Assembly: GCA_965240325.2 (NCBI GenBank) | Contig: OZ251233.1 | Coordinates: forward strand, 868,001 to 932,000 | Direction: 5' to 3' | DNA: 64,000 nt | Origin: Rebecca billardiae RCC1528 | Taxonomy: Eukaryota > Protista > Haptophyta | Shown here: piece after piece, positions 10,230 to 23,600 of the stretch | Layout of the letters: each line of letters starts with the position of its first letter | Position numbering within the stretch: the stretch's first letter is position 1 | Made by a program: the position numbers and the translations under genes | Notes under the pieces: generated by a model | Databases searched by the model: none | Seen by the model: the letters and a program-made list of their open reading frames with translations, nothing else | Told to the model about the DNA's origin: nothing

Positions 10230-11144
10230 ATGAGCCTGCGCCGCAGCTCGTCTGGCGCCTACTGCATGACGTGCAACGACCCGCTCCTCAACCACGGCGA
10301 GGTCTCCGCGCGCCTGCCCACCAGCCTGTACGACGCGATGCGCGAGCACTGCGAGCGCACGGGCGACAGCGTGCACCACGTCGTGCAGAAGGCGCTCGCG
10401 GCCTACCTCGACCAGGAGCACCACACGCTGTTCCAGGTGAGCACCTCGGGCGCGCTCGTCGAGGGCGTGTACGCCGGCTGCATGCGCGTCAAGGACATCC
10501 TGCGCCACGGCGACTTTGGGCTCGGCACGTTTGACGGGCTGGACGGCGAGGGGATCCTGCACGAGGGCGTGTGCTGGCGCGCGGGCGCGGACGGGAGCGT
10601 GGAGGTGGCGCCCGACGACGCGCTCGCGCCGTTCTGGACGGTCACGCACTTCGTCTCGGACACCACGCTCACGCTCGACGGTGTCACCGGCTGGGAGAGC
10701 CTCTGCGCGCGCCTCGACGCCGCGCGCACCTCGGACAACGTGTTCGCGGCCGTGCGGCTGAGCGGCACCTTTGACGCGCTGCACTGGCGCGTCGCGCGCA
10801 AGTCGGCGGGCGGCGCGGACCTGGTCAGCGCGACTTCGTCGCAGGCGGAGTTCCGCGCCGAGGCGGTCGACGGCGTGATCGTCGGCTTCTGGACGCCCAC
10901 GTACGCGCGCACGCTCAACGTGCCGGGGTGGCACCTGCACCTCCTCTCGACCGACCGCAAGCACGCGGGCCACGTGCTCGACGTGCGCGCGGCGCGGCTC
11001 AAGGCGGAGGTGCACGTGCTCGAGCAGCTGCACGTCGCGCTGCCCGAGACCGCCGAGTTCATGCGCGCCGACCTCTCGAAGGACCCCGCCGCTGCCCTTG
11101 CCATCGCCGAGCAGTCGCGCGGCGGCGAGAAGCCGGAGCAATAG
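10230..11144 (+). CDS. budA: Alpha-acetolactate decarboxylase with N-terminal ribbon-helix-helix-like extension, ~304 aa, intronless
   Basis: TLFQVSTSGALVEGVY, HGDFGLGTFDGLDGE, GVIVGFWTP and VPGWHLHLLSTDRKHAGHVLD (Zn-binding HxH...H) are AlsD/BudA signatures. Confidence 0.92.
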   Translation: MSLRRSSSGAYCMTCNDPLLNHGEVSARLPTSLYDAMREHCERTGDSVHHVVQKALAAYLDQEHHTLFQVSTSGALVEGVYAGCMRVKDILRHGDFGLGTFDGLDGEGILHEGVCWRAGADGSVEVAPDDALAPFWTVTHFVSDTTLTLDGVTGWESLCARLDAARTSDNVFAAVRLSGTFDALHWRVARKSAGGADLVSATSSQAEFRAEAVDGVIVGFWTPTYARTLNVPGWHLHLLSTDRKHAGHVLDVRAARLKAEVHVLEQLHVALPETAEFMRADLSKDPAAALAIAEQSRGGEKPEQ

Positions 11145-11580
11145 GCGCTCTCTCCGCACTCATCTATATCCGAGTGGCGAGCGCGCACGCGCAACGCGAC
11201 TGCTCTGAGATCGCGAACGGAGACACACTAACAGCGTCGTGGCGCAGTCGTCGTCGCGTCGTCAGTATACGGCTCCGGCTCCGGTCCACCCCCGCCCCAG
11301 CGGCCAGCTCCGTTACGTCTCAGTGGCCCCGAGCCGAAGTCACTACCAAGTACCAGCTAGTACCAAGCGGACCATGCAGTAGAGTCCCTTCCGACTCCGA
11401 GTTCCGACCCCGATTCACGCGATTATATTGATGACTTCAACGAGAAATGTCGCGCGCATCATCCGACCACCTCCCGATAGCAGGTTCTTCACACTCTGAT
11501 CTGCTATTTTATTTACTATATATGTAATTTCCCGTCCCTTACGAGTTCACGGATTTCATTTTCAGCACAATCCGACGGGA

Positions 11581-11716
11581 CGGAGCGTTCCGGACACCTG
11601 TATACATATGCGAAAATGATACCCGGATTGGGTATTTAGTTATATATATGTATATAGAAAATAGAGTCGTCTGCTGAACCTATTATTGGTTGGAGGTGTG
11701 GCTGCTGATGATCCAT
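11581..11716 (+). repeat. AT-rich dispersed repeat copy A (inverted relative to 44853-44966)
   Basis: 11585-11638 matches the reverse complement of 44908-44961 at 46/54 positions without gaps. Gapped similarity continues through tatagaaaatagag...tgaac...ttggaggt...gctgatg...ccat. Confidence 0.85.
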
Positions 11717-11929
11717 TTGGCCGTAATAGTAGTATCGTCCAAGGGACCGCCACAGGGGGTGGGCTAGGAGCTATTGTAGATCGTCATCAGAGGCGGCGAT
11801 CCCGCCGATTGCAGTGTCATCAAGATGTAACGCTCCACTGACCGGACGGGGGGGGGTGGACCGAAGCCGGCGGAGCGCCGGTACATCAATTGATGATGAC
11901 GCGACGACGACGACTAACAAGTCGTCAGC

Positions 11930-11962
<33 letters not shown>
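11930..11962. repeat. (TA)n microsatellite
   Basis: atatatatatatatatatgtatatatatatata seen directly. Confidence 0.95.
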
Positions 11963-12619
11963 CGCGCGTCGTACCATCGTGCATGCAGCTTGGAAGGCGC
12001 AGCTCGAGAGCCGCCAAGCCGCACGAGAGCAAGGCACGAAGCACCATCGTGCAGAGGGCATCGCGAAGATGCGGGCCCGGAAACAGCTGCAGCCATCATG
12101 CCAGTGGGCACTTCCGAAGGGCGTTCGCTGCGAGTGAGCGAGAGGCACTGGACTGCGTCGGTTCGCTCGGCGCCTGATGAAAAACCCAGTTCACCAATTG
12201 GCCGTCCTGTGCCGCCGCCAACCTTGCCTGTTTGCCTAAGGCCCAGGAGCATCACAGCGAGTAGGTTGTTCGGGGTCGTTGTGCGAGCGCACAGAGCAGG
12301 CTCGAAAGTCCCTCGTGGCACGAGAAGAGGGTGGCCAAGATGGCAGCCGGACTTGAGCTCGGCCGCCTGGCTCGGGCCGAATGGCAGGCAGGTGTTGATA
12401 CGGCGCATTGCGCTCCCACCGTCCTCTTAGACGATAATCATCAGTTATTTATTGTCGTACGTGCGAATAACCCACATATAGGCATTATAGCGCGTCGTCC
12501 TATATCTCATCCGGTCAGACAGTCCGCCGGTCCGGTCGTCGCATCAGTCGTCTTAAGTTGTCGTCGTGACGTGCTGACCAGCATCTGAGACGACACATAT
12601 ATCCTGCTAGCGTCGATAT

Positions 12620-15600
12620 TCAGAAGGCAGAGAAGCGCTCCCCGACCCCGCCGCCGTCCGACTCGGCGCGGCCGCCGCCGAGCTTGCTGGAGAGCGCGGG
12701 CGGCGCGCCGCCGCGCCGGAGCTCGGCGAGCTGGCCCTCAACGCGCTCGAGCTGCGCGCGCATGCGCACGACGTCGTCGGCGAGCCCGGCGCTCACGCCG
12801 CGCCGCTCCGCCTCGGCCGCGTCGTGCGCGCGCAGCTCGGCCTCGACGGCCAGCTCGGGCATCCGAAGTCCGCGCATGTCGTCGGCGAGCGCGTCGGGCG
12901 GAGAGAGCCAGAACTCGATGGCGGCGTCGCGCGCCGCCTGCGACCAGGGCGGCTGCTCGCGCATCGAGTCGAGCTGGAGGACGAGCGAGACCGCGTCGGC
13001 CGCGCCGCGCATCTTGGTGATCGCCGCGGGCGGCGGCGGCAGCCGCGCCTGCCGCCGCACGAGCGAGCCCACCGAGGAGGACGCGCTACTGCGCCGCACG
13101 CGCCGGAGTGCGGCGCCGAGGCTGGCGCGCGCCGTCGCGCCGAGAGCGCGCACGCGCGTGAGCGCGCGCATCGAGCGCGAGAAGGAGGAGACCTCGAGGA
13201 GGTCGTCGTCGTCGTCCGACGAGCCGCCGTCGAGCGCCGAGACCGAGCGCGTGAGCGAGCGGCTCGAGCGGCTCTTCGCGAGCATCTTGGCCAGCTTGCG
13301 CGCCTGGCGCGGGTGCGCGGCGCTGATGCCGCCCGCGCGGCGGCGGCTGCTGACAGAGTGCGCGCCGCCGCCGCCGCCGCCGCCCGCGCCCGCGCCGGTG
13401 CTCGAGCCGGCGACGCGCTGCGTGAGCAGCTCGCGCACCATGAGCTGGCGCACCTCCTGCGCCCACTCCGTCTCCGCGCGCGCCACGTTCTCCCTGTACA
13501 CCCCCGACACGACGGCGATGAACGTGTTGGCGAGCGCCGCGCAGCCCACCAGCGTGATGAGCGTGCTCGCCAGAAAAGGGATGAGCCCACCTGCGCGCTG
13601 CAGCGAGCGCAGGTCGGCGGCGGGGGTGAAGAAGGCGGTGAGCAGCGCGAACGAGGCGCGCGGCCACGAGCGGAACTGCGGCAGCTGGCTCGAGAAGAGC
13701 ACGTGCGCGAACAGCCCGAACGCCGCGACGACGAACAGCAGCACGAGCCCGAAGGTGTGCACGCGCGGCGCCGACAGCACCGACAACGACGCGCCCATCG
13801 CAGGGCCGACGCGCGGCAGAAGCCGGAGGAACTTGGAGAGGCGGAGCCAGCAGACGAAGCAGGCGAGGGCGACGGTGGTGCGCTGCGCGGCGAAGAGGTA
13901 CGCCACGTCGTGCAGCTCCGCGCGGTACCGCCCGTCCTCCAGGTCGAGCTCCGGCAGCATCGCCCACTCCCCGTACCATCGAAGCCGCCAGCCGGCCCAA
14001 GCGAGCAGACAGGCGAGCATGCTCAGGTCGAACAGGTCGAGGTTGAGCGTGCGCACGAGGCCGAAGCGCGCGGAGAGGGAGACGGCGCCGCCACCGCGCC
14101 GCCGCTTGAGCCGCCGCGCGCGCAGCACCGAGCGCACCGCGCGCACCGCGTACACCGCCGTCGCGAGCCCGACGATGAAGTCGAAGGCGGCGAGAAGCAA
14201 ATGCGAAGCCGAGACGGCGCGTCCCGCGCCCGAAGCGTAAGGAGCAAACATCACGACGCTCGTGGTGCGCACGGCGCCGGAGGCCTCGGGGAGCTCGACG
14301 AGCGCACGCAGCGTGATCACGCGGTGCAGCGGCTCGTTGTACAGGCACGCGAGCAGCACCACCGCGCGCGTCGACGCGTCCACCCAGCCGGACGAGGCGA
14401 GGGCGGAGAGCGCCGCGCGCGCCTCCGTGCCGTTGGCGGGCGCGAGGTCGACGGCATGCAAATCCATCCCGAAATACGAGCGGCCGATGAGGCCCTTGCT
14501 GAAGGCGGAGGCGTGCGCGGGGCCGAGGCGGTGCGCGAGCGACGCCGCCACCTCCTCCGGCGTGCGCGGCCCCGCCGCCGCCTCGCCCTCCGAGCCGCTG
14601 CCAGCCGCGCCGCCCGCGCCACCCGCCGGCGGCGGGCCCACCGCAGAGTCGTTCAGAGCGCCGCCGTCAGCCGTCGCACGCGGCAGCGGCGGCGGCTGCC
14701 CATGCGCGTGCGCGTGCGCGTGCGCATCGGCGTGCTGGGGCGCCGGCGGCTCGGCCGGGCGGTCCGCCCCGCGCTCGGCGAACCGCGCGAACGAGCGCAG
14801 CTTGTTCCAACGCGGGTCTCGGTGCGAGCCGCCGCCGCCGCCGCCGTCGTCGACGCACGCGCGGCCTCGCCCGGGCGCGGAGCAGCGCTCGCGCGCCTGC
14901 GCCACCCTGACCGCGCCGAGCAGCCGCGTGTGCATGTCGAGCTGGCCGTCGAGGCCGGCGCCGTACAGCGCGGGCAGCGCGGTGGAGAGCAGGTACGCCC
15001 ACGTGTCCGCCTCCCCCGTGATGTCCTCCCACGCGAACTGCGGCGCGCGCAGGTGCGGCGCCGGCGCGGCGGCGAGGGTGGCGCCGGGTGCCGAGCGCGC
15101 GCCGCGCGCGCCGCCGGCGCCGAGCGGCGCGCCGCCGCCGTCCGCGGCGAGGGCGGCGTCGTCGTGCGCGACGGCGACCGCGACGACCGTCGCGTCCGAC
15201 CCCTCGCGCCGCTCGAAGAGCAGGTGCTCCAGCGCGCGCTCCGCGTAGTAGTTCAGCGCGTGCGGCGACCACACCATGATGAGCGCCTGCGTCGTGAGCG
15301 CGCCGAGAAAGGCCAGGAAGGCGCCGCCGTCGACCAAAAGGTACCGCAGGATGAAGGCGCGCCGAGCGGCGCCGGCGGAGGCGGCGGAGGCGTCGGGCTC
15401 GTCGGCGCCCTCCGCGCCGCCGCCGCCGCCGCCGCCGGGCCAGCCAAACCCGCCGCGCCGCCGCGCGCCGCCGCCGCCGCCGGCTCCGGCTCGGCGCGCG
15501 TCGTCGTCGTCGTCGTCGTCCTCCCGATGGTCCTCCAGCGCTGACACAAGGAGCTCGGCGAGCTTGGCGCGGCGCGAGAGGAGCGGGTCGGCGGTGGGCT

Positions 15601-18600
15601 GCGTCGCGCTCTGCTGCTGCGCGCGCGCTGAGAGCGCGTGCAGCTGCAGCAGCCCCTGCGCGTACGCGCTCGGCCGCCGGAGCGCGAACGCCACCGACGT
15701 AACGGACGACGTAACCGACGCGCCGAGCCCGCCCTCGGCGGATGCTGAGAGCGCGCCTGCACCGAGGAGCGCGCGCACGCAGCGGAGGCGGCCGTTGCGC
15801 ACGGCGAGGGCGAGCGCGGTCCAGCCGTCCGAGTCCGCCACGTTCGTCGCGCGCGCCAGCTCCGCGCGCGGCGTGAGGCGCAGCAGCAGACCCAGCACCT
15901 CGCCGTTGCCCAGCGCGGCCGCGTAGTGCAGCGCCAGCCGGCCGCGCGCGTCCCGTGCCAAGCAGACGCTCGCGTCGGCGGGCGCGCGCGGCGCGGGCGC
16001 GAGCAGGGGCGAGACGAGCGCGGAGACCGCGTCGAGCGCGCGCGCGCGCACGCGCCCGGCGGCGCCGCCGCCCTGCGCGCCGCCCTGCGCGCCCGAGCCG
16101 CCGCCGCCGCCAGGCAGTGGGTGCGCACGCGCCAGCCTGTGCAGGAGTGTCTGCAAACCTGCGAGCGTGCGCGCGGGCGCGTCGTGCGCGCGCAGCGCGG
16201 CGCTGGCGACGGCGCCGCCAGGCGGCTGGAGCAGGAGCAGGCAGAGGTTGTACGCGCCGAGCTCGCACGCCAGCAGCAGCGGCATCTGCCGCGCGCCGTC
16301 GTGGCCGAAGGGCAGCGCAGGCCACGCCGTCGCGCGCACCGTGCCGCGCGCGCTCTCGAGCACACCGCGCACGCTCGGCGGGAGGGCCTCGCGGCGCGCG
16401 GCTGCGACGGCACCGTGCACGTCCTCGAGCGCCTGCGGTGGTCCGAGGCCCGTGCTGGAGAGCAGGTACAGGCTCGAGCCGCTCATGTCGTGCTCCTCCG
16501 CGCCACCCGCCGGCCCGCCCGCTCCGCCCGCGGCCGCCACGCCCGCACCGCCGCCAACACCGCCGCCGAGCGCGCGCGCGCGGATCGCAACCAGCTCGGC
16601 GATCTCGATGGCGCCCGTGTGCAGCGCGATGGCCAGGGCGTCGACGCCGTCGAGCACGCACGGGCGCGTGACAGACCACGCGTCGCGCGGCGGCGCGCCG
16701 CCCTCCGCCGCGCCCCGCGCCGGCAGCGCGCTGGGTGCCTCCGCGTCAGCCAGGCCCGCGCCGCCGCCCGCGCGCGCGTCAGCCGCGCCGCCGCCGCCGC
16801 CAGTGCCGCCAGTGCCGCCGAGCCCCGCGTGCGCGCGCTGCGCGTGCGCCGGGCCGAGCGCGTGTTGCGCCGCCGCGCTCACGTCCAGTCCAAGCCCGAG
16901 CATCTCCTGCACCAGCGCGAGCACCTCCGCCGGCGGCTGCCACATGGACGCGAGCTCGAGCGCGACGAAGCGTCGGATGGCGAGGACGAGACTCGGGCGC
17001 TCGTCAGGCTGCGCGGGCGGCGCGTGCCCGGTGAGGCTGGCGCTCGACGCGGCGGGGGTGGGGCCTCGGAAGGAGGCGGCGGGCGTGGCGGCGGGCACGT
17101 GCGGCGGCGGTGCCGCGCCGCCGCCGCCGGCACTCGCGCCGCCGCCGCCACGCGCGCCGCCGCCGCCGATCCGCACGCCCTCCCTGTGCGCGCGCGCGTC
17201 CGCGAGCGACACCTCCGGCGTGAAGTCCGCACACCAGCGCCACTTGGCGATGGCGACGTGCACGGCCTCCAGCGCGTCGCTCGTCGAGACGAGCTTCAAG
17301 TCCCATCGCGGCTCGGCCGAGCGGCCGTCGGGCCCGAGCCGCGGCGGACCGCCGACCGCGCGGTTGCGCGCGCGCACGAGATACGCCGCGAGCCGCGCGT
17401 GCCCGTGCGCGATCGCGTAGGAGAGCGGCCGTTGGAAGAACGGGAGTGGGCGCGTCTCGCCGCGGTCGCGCGCGAGCGGGCGCGCGCCGAGCAGGCTGAG
17501 CACCTGCAGCTCGCGGATGGTGGTGGAGCCGCGCAACGCAAAGAGCACGCGCACGTGCGCCGCGAGCACCGCCTCATCGACCGCGCCGCCAAAGCCGCCG
17601 CCGCCGGCCGCGCCGCCGCCGCCGCCAACACCGCCGCCAACGCCGCCGCCCAGCCCGACGCCCGGCAGCGCCTCGGTCATGCGGAACGTCTCGAGGTCGT
17701 GCAGCGCGCTCAGCGCGTCCGCCAGCTTCCGCGTCGCCGCGCCGCCGTGATTCCCCGCGCCGAGGTCGAGCAGCCGAAGCCCGCCGTTCTGCCGGAGGCC
17801 CTCTGCGAGGTGGGCGATGCCGCGCTCGCGCAGCGCGCAGCCGGCGACGCGCAGCGCGCGCAGCCGGCCGCGCGCCGCGGCGGGCGAGGCGAGCAGCCGG
17901 CGCAGCTGCAGCCCGCCGTCCGGGCCGAGCACGTTCCCCGAGACGTCGAGCGAGCGCAGCCGTCCGTGCGCGAGCAGGAAGTTGACCAACACCTCGATGC
18001 CGGCTGGCGTGAGGTCGTTGCGCGCGACGGATAGCGCGGTGAGCGCGCACCGGTCTCGCGCGTTGTACAGCGAGCCGACGAGCACCTCGATGCCCTCGTC
18101 GCGCGCCGCGTTGTGCGCGAGGTTGAGCGCGCGCAGACCCGTCGCGCCGCGCAGCCCGGCGCTCAGCGCGCTCACGCCGTCCACCTGCGCGTGCCCGCGT
18201 CGGCAGTCGAGCGCGGTCAGGGAGCGCATCTCGGCGGCCATTCTGGCGAGCGTCGCGAAGCCCGAGGCGTGGAGCTCGGACTGCGGCACGGCGAGGGTGA
18301 GCACGTCGACGGGCGCGTGGCGCAAGAACTCGCGCACGTACCGCAGGTGCCGCTCCGCCAGCCCGTCCGCCGAGTGCCGCAGCAGCAGCCGGCGGTAGCT
18401 CGGACGCACGAGCGGCGCCCCGCCCTCGTCGTCATGCCGCTCATAGTGGCGGCGCACGAACTCGCGCAGCCGGCTGATGGCGCGGATGAGCGCAGGGTCG
18501 GAGTCGAGCGCGCGCGCGCACTGCGGCGCGCCGTGCGAGGCCCACCACACGCGGAAGTGGGCGTATGCAGAGCGCAGCGCGAGGTACGCCCCGCGCTGAC

Positions 18601-19657
18601 CCGCCGACGGCGATGGCGGCGCGCCGCCGTCCGCGCCGCGCTCCAAGCCTCCGCCGCCGCCGCCGCCGCCGCCATCCGACGAGCGCGGCGAGGTGCGCGC
18701 GAGGTTGGCGCGGCGCGGGCTCAGCAGCGACGTCGACTGCGCGATGCGCGGCTGCGTGCACTGCAGCGCCAGGTGCGCCGCGGTCGCCGACAGGAGAGCG
18801 TTCGCCGCCGCGCGCCGCGCCGCGCCGCGCCCGCCGCCGCCGCCGTCGCCGCCATCGCCGCCGCCGCCGCCGCCATCCTCGTCCTCATCCTCGCCGCTCC
18901 CGTCCGCGTCGAAGCCAAAGTCGCCGTCGTAGTCGAGCTCGCCGTCACGCTCCACGCCGCCCTCCGCCTCCTCGCCCAGCTCGGCCGCGTCCAGCGCCGA
19001 GAGCCCCGCGGCGCCGTAGTACGCCGCCGCCTGTGCGAGCGAGTCGGTGCTGAACACGCCGCCGCCGCCGCCGCCGGCCGCCGCCGCCGCGTCGTCGTTC
19101 AGCTCCGCCTCGTCCTCGTCGTCGGCCTGCCACGCGCCGACGGGCTCGAAGTCGGCGAAGCGCAGCAGCTCCTCCGGCGGCGAAGCCTCGAAGTCGAAGC
19201 ACAGCCGCAGGTTCGGGTGCAGCGACGCCGCGGGCGCGAGCCCCTCGGTCGGCGGGAGCTGCGCGAGCAGCGGTGGCTCGAGCAATACCGCGCCGCCGCG
19301 CTCGCGCGGCCGGCGCAGCACAAAAGAGATCGTGGCGGGCTCGTTGGTGAGGTCGATGGCGACGCCGACGACGGTGCCGCGCCGCCACGTCGTCGCGACG
19401 TGCTCGTGCGCCGACGCCTGCGCCGCCTCGGCGCGCTTCGCGTGGCCCGCGTTGTGCAGCAGAAGCGCGGCGCGCGCGCGCGCGGCCGCGCCGCCGCCGG
19501 CCGGCGGCGCCGCCGCCGCGGTGGGCACCGCGCCGGCGTAACCCCACGAGAGCGCGTCGTCTCCAACGCCGGAGCCGACCTCGTACGAGCCGAAGAAGGC
19601 GCGCAGCCCGACGCCGATCGAGCCCCAGCCTCCCGTCTCGGCCGCCGCCTCGCCGCG

Positions 19658-19690
<33 letters not shown>

Positions 19691-20576
19691 CGCGGCGCGC
19701 GCGCCGGGCGCGCCGCCAGGCGCGCCGTCGGCGCGCGCGCCGCCCTCGCCCTCGGCGGCGGCGGCGTCGCCGAGCTCGAGCGCGCCCGTGTGCGCCGCCA
19801 CGGCCGAGCGCGCGCCCACGTCGTCAGGCTGCATCGCGCTCGACGAGCCCACGCCGCCCACGCTCTCGATCGCCACTTCGTAGTACCAGCAGCCCCGGCG
19901 AAGCAGCACGTCAGCTAACCGCACGCAGCACGAGTCTGCGCCCACGCACTCGACGCGGGTGCCGCGCCCGCTGGCCGTGAGCGAGGTCGCGGCGGGCTCG
20001 ATGAGCAGGTGCTCCGCGCCCGACGTCGCGACCAGCCGCGAGCTCAGCGCCATCTGCGCCGCGACGATGGGCGTGCGCAGCGAGGAGCGCTGCCCGAGCT
20101 CCGGGTGGTCAAGGGCAGAGCTCACGGCGCCGACGGCGGGCGGCAGCGCTCGCGCAAACTGCGGGCCCGTGCGCAGCAGCAGCAGCTGGGTGGAGACGAC
20201 AGGCGGCGCCGAGCCCGCGCCCTCCGCGAGCCCGGGCTCGGGCGGCGCGTGCGAGCGCGCCGCCTCGCGCACGCCCGCCGCCCACTCGGCCGAGCCCGCG
20301 GGCTCGCGCACCGCGAAGCTCGCCGCGGGTGCCACGCCCGCTCGCACGTTGATGCCTCGGAAGCCGACGAAGAAGTGCATGCGGCCGGTCGAGAGCTGCA
20401 CGCCGTACGCCATCGTGCCCGCGCCAGCGTCGATCACGCACGAGACCGGCGTGCCCGGCCGCGCGCGCAAGGCCGGCCAACCCGCCACCGGCTTGCGCGC
20501 GCCCGCGGAGGTGAGTACCATCTCTCCCGACGGCCGAATCAGAAGGCCCCACTCGCCTTCGACGGCGCCGAGCTGC

Positions 20577-20625
<49 letters not shown>

Positions 20626-23600
20626 GCGAGTGGGCGGCGCGCACGCGCGCGCAGCCCACGCTGAGGTACGCGTTCTCCCCGGGGCACTCCGCCTCAAAGT
20701 ACCACAGGCCCGCGGACAGCAGAGCCTCGGCCAGAGTCACGACCGCGGCAGTCGGCCGGCGGCCGTGCGCGGCCGCGGCGGAGCCGGGCGCGGGCACCAC
20801 GGCGGTCGCCGGCCCGCGCGAGGCGTAGGCGACGTGAACGCCCGAGTCTGGTGGCAGCTGGCCGCGGAGCTCGAGCCGCTCGCCGCCGCGCAGCGCGACG
20901 AGCCGCGCCGCCGCGGACGGGCGCGCCGCGCCGAAGAGCGACGGGCGCGCGGAGGGCGAGAGAGCACGCGCGCGTGAGCCTTCCAGCACGGAGCCGCCGC
21001 CGCCGCCCGCCGCCGCGCCGCCCGCCGCGGCGTCGGCGCGCCCCGCGTGCGGCGTGGCGCCGGTGAGCAGCGCGCGCCGCGCGCCCTCCACCACCTCCGA
21101 CAGCGGCCGCACGCCCGGCGGCGGGCCGTACCGAAACGGCACCGCGCCGAAGTTGACAAACGCCGAGAAGCCGATCTGGATCGAGATCGCCGGGATGAGG
21201 CCGTCACCCACGTCGGCCAGGTCGGCGTCGGTGAGCAGGCCCATCGGCAGGCTCGAGTCGCCGTTCAGCGAGCAGAGCAGCCGGCACCGCCCGCGCGTCG
21301 AGTCGAGCTCGCACACGCAGCCGAGCACGTCGCCCGCGCGCCACGCGCGGCCGAAAGGCGCGCGCGCCCCCTGCACCCACTTGCGCCGCTGCCCGTCGAT
21401 CGCCCACGAGCTGCGCGCCGCGCCGAGGCGCGCGCGGCGGTGCTGCTCCGCGTCGCGCGCCGCGCCCGCGCGCGCGCGCTCCGCCCCTCCCGCGCCGCCG
21501 CCGCCGCCTCCCTCGCGCAGCAAGAAGGGCGTTCCCACCCATCCGACGCGCGCCGCCCCGAAAGGCGAGACAGAGCACAGGGCGACCTCGTAATAATACG
21601 CGCCCGAGCGCACGAGCACGCCCTGAGGCACGAGGAGCGGCACCGAGCCGGCGGGCGCGCGCACGAGCCCGCCCGCGAGCATCAGCACCGAGCGGCCCTC
21701 GGGAGCCGTCAGCTCGCCCACCGACGTGAGGCCGCGCGGCGCGACGATCGACACCAGCGTGAGCAGCGCGGACGAGCGCGCGCCGTGCGCCGCCGCCGCC
21801 GCCGCGCGCGCCGCCGCGCCGCCGTCGGCGTCGTCGGCGGTGGCGTCGTCGGCGGGGCCACCGCGGGCGTGCGCCGCGCGCGCCGACGCACCCGCCGGAG
21901 GCAGCGCCGCCGCGCTGCTCAGCTGCGCGAGCAGCCCGGCGTGCAGCTCGGTGGAGACAGCGAGGCCGCCCGCGCCGCCGCCGCCCGCGCCGCCGCCCCC
22001 AACACCCATGCCGCCCGCCGCGCGCTCGGCCGAGGCGATCGAGAGCGCGGCGCCGGAGCCGCGGCGCACGGCCGCGAGCGGGACCACCGCCTTGCCGCCC
22101 GCGCCCGCGCCGAGCAGCGCGACCGTCGAGCGGCGGCGCGCGCGGTTCGGGAGGACGAAGATGTGCGATGGGGCGCGCCGCGCCAAGGATGCGCCGGCGC
22201 CGCCACCGTGCAGCCCCCCGGCGGCGGCGGCGGTGGCGAAGGCGGCGGCGAAGGCGGCACCGGCGTGGTGCCTGCCGAGCGCGCGCGCGCTCGGCGAGCG
22301 GAGCAGCAGCGCGCCGCCGCGCCCGCCGCCGCCCGCCCCCAGCAGCGCGCGCGGCTCGGAACCCTCCGCCTCTCGCGCGGTCGCGAGCGCAATGGCACGG
22401 GCGAGAACGCGCGACGTCACATCGACATCGAGCAGGCTGGTCGCGTGCTGCTGCTGCTGCTGCTGCTGCGCCGCAGTGCCGCTCGAGGCGCGCGGGCGCA
22501 GCAGTCCGTGTCGCGAGCTCGGGCCTCCGGACGGCCGCTCCGCTCCGGCGTGCTCCCGCTCGGCGGCGCCGGCGGCGTCGTCGGCCGCGCCGACGGCGAC
22601 GACGGCGGCTTGGCCCGAGTCTGCCGCGACGCGCACCGCCACCTCCACGAGCGCCGAAGCCTTCTCGGCCGAGCGCAGCACGCGGGCGAGCGAGGCCTCG
22701 GCGGCGGCGCGTGGCACCAGCGTATGCGCGCCGTCGGCGCGCGCGACCACCTCGCGCGCCGCGCCGCCGCTCTCGAGCAGCACGCGCCGCGCGAGCGCCG
22801 CGGCGCGCGCCTCCGCGCCCTCCGCGCCCTCGGGCTCAGCGCCGAGCTCAGCCGCCCCCGAACCCGCCGCGCCGTCCGCGGCCTCTGCGTCTCGCGCGCG
22901 CGCGCGTAGCGCGGACGCGAGCAGCTGCGAGCGTGCCGCGCGGCCGCCGCGCACCAGGGCTGGCCGCGAGGAGCGCGAGTGCGAGCCCTCCGCCGCGTCC
23001 GCTGCGAAGCCGACGCCGCGCGGCGGCGCGCGCGCGCCCGTGTCGCCCGCCGCGGCGCGCACCGCCGCATCGGCCGCCGCGGCCGCCGCGGCGGACGTCG
23101 AGCCGCGGCGCGTGCGCTCGAGCGCGTGCGCCGCTTCGCGCAGCAGCGCGGCCTCAGCGGCGCTCTGGAGCACGAGGCACGGCTCGATCGGCAGGCCGGC
23201 GCTCGGCGAGCCGCCCGCGCCGACGCCCGCGCGCCGGTGGCCGCGCGCGCACAGTGCAAACGCGCGCGCGCGCGTCGCCGGCCGCACCTCCGCGAGCCCA
23301 TGCAGTATCGCTTCGGCCTGCCACTCGGCGGGGTAAGGGTCGGCGGACGCGAGGGCGCCGAGCAGCGAGAGCGCGACGCGCACGCGGCTCGCCGGCTCGA
23401 GCCGCGCCGCGGGTGGCGCCAAGCCGCGGCCCGCGCCTCCGCCGGACGAGCTGGCCTCACCCTCAGCCGAAGCCGCTGCTGCCGCCGCCGCCGAGCCGCC
23501 GAGCCGCTGCGCGCGCAGCGCGGGCGGCATGCCGCGTGCGCCGCGCGCGCCCGCCGCGTCCGCGCCGCCGCCGGCGGCGGCGCGCGCAACGTCGTGCCTC

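Noticed and set aside
10230-11144. Bacterial contamination or operon explaining ALDC and PhnD-like genes
   Set aside because: Both abut intron-containing eukaryotic genes within ~200 bp and share host-like codon bias; no operon partners are present.
11771-12588. Short ORFs in spacers (also 44997-47126, 51065-52054, 57537-58871)
   Set aside because: No coding-like bias or motifs; some run through microsatellites.
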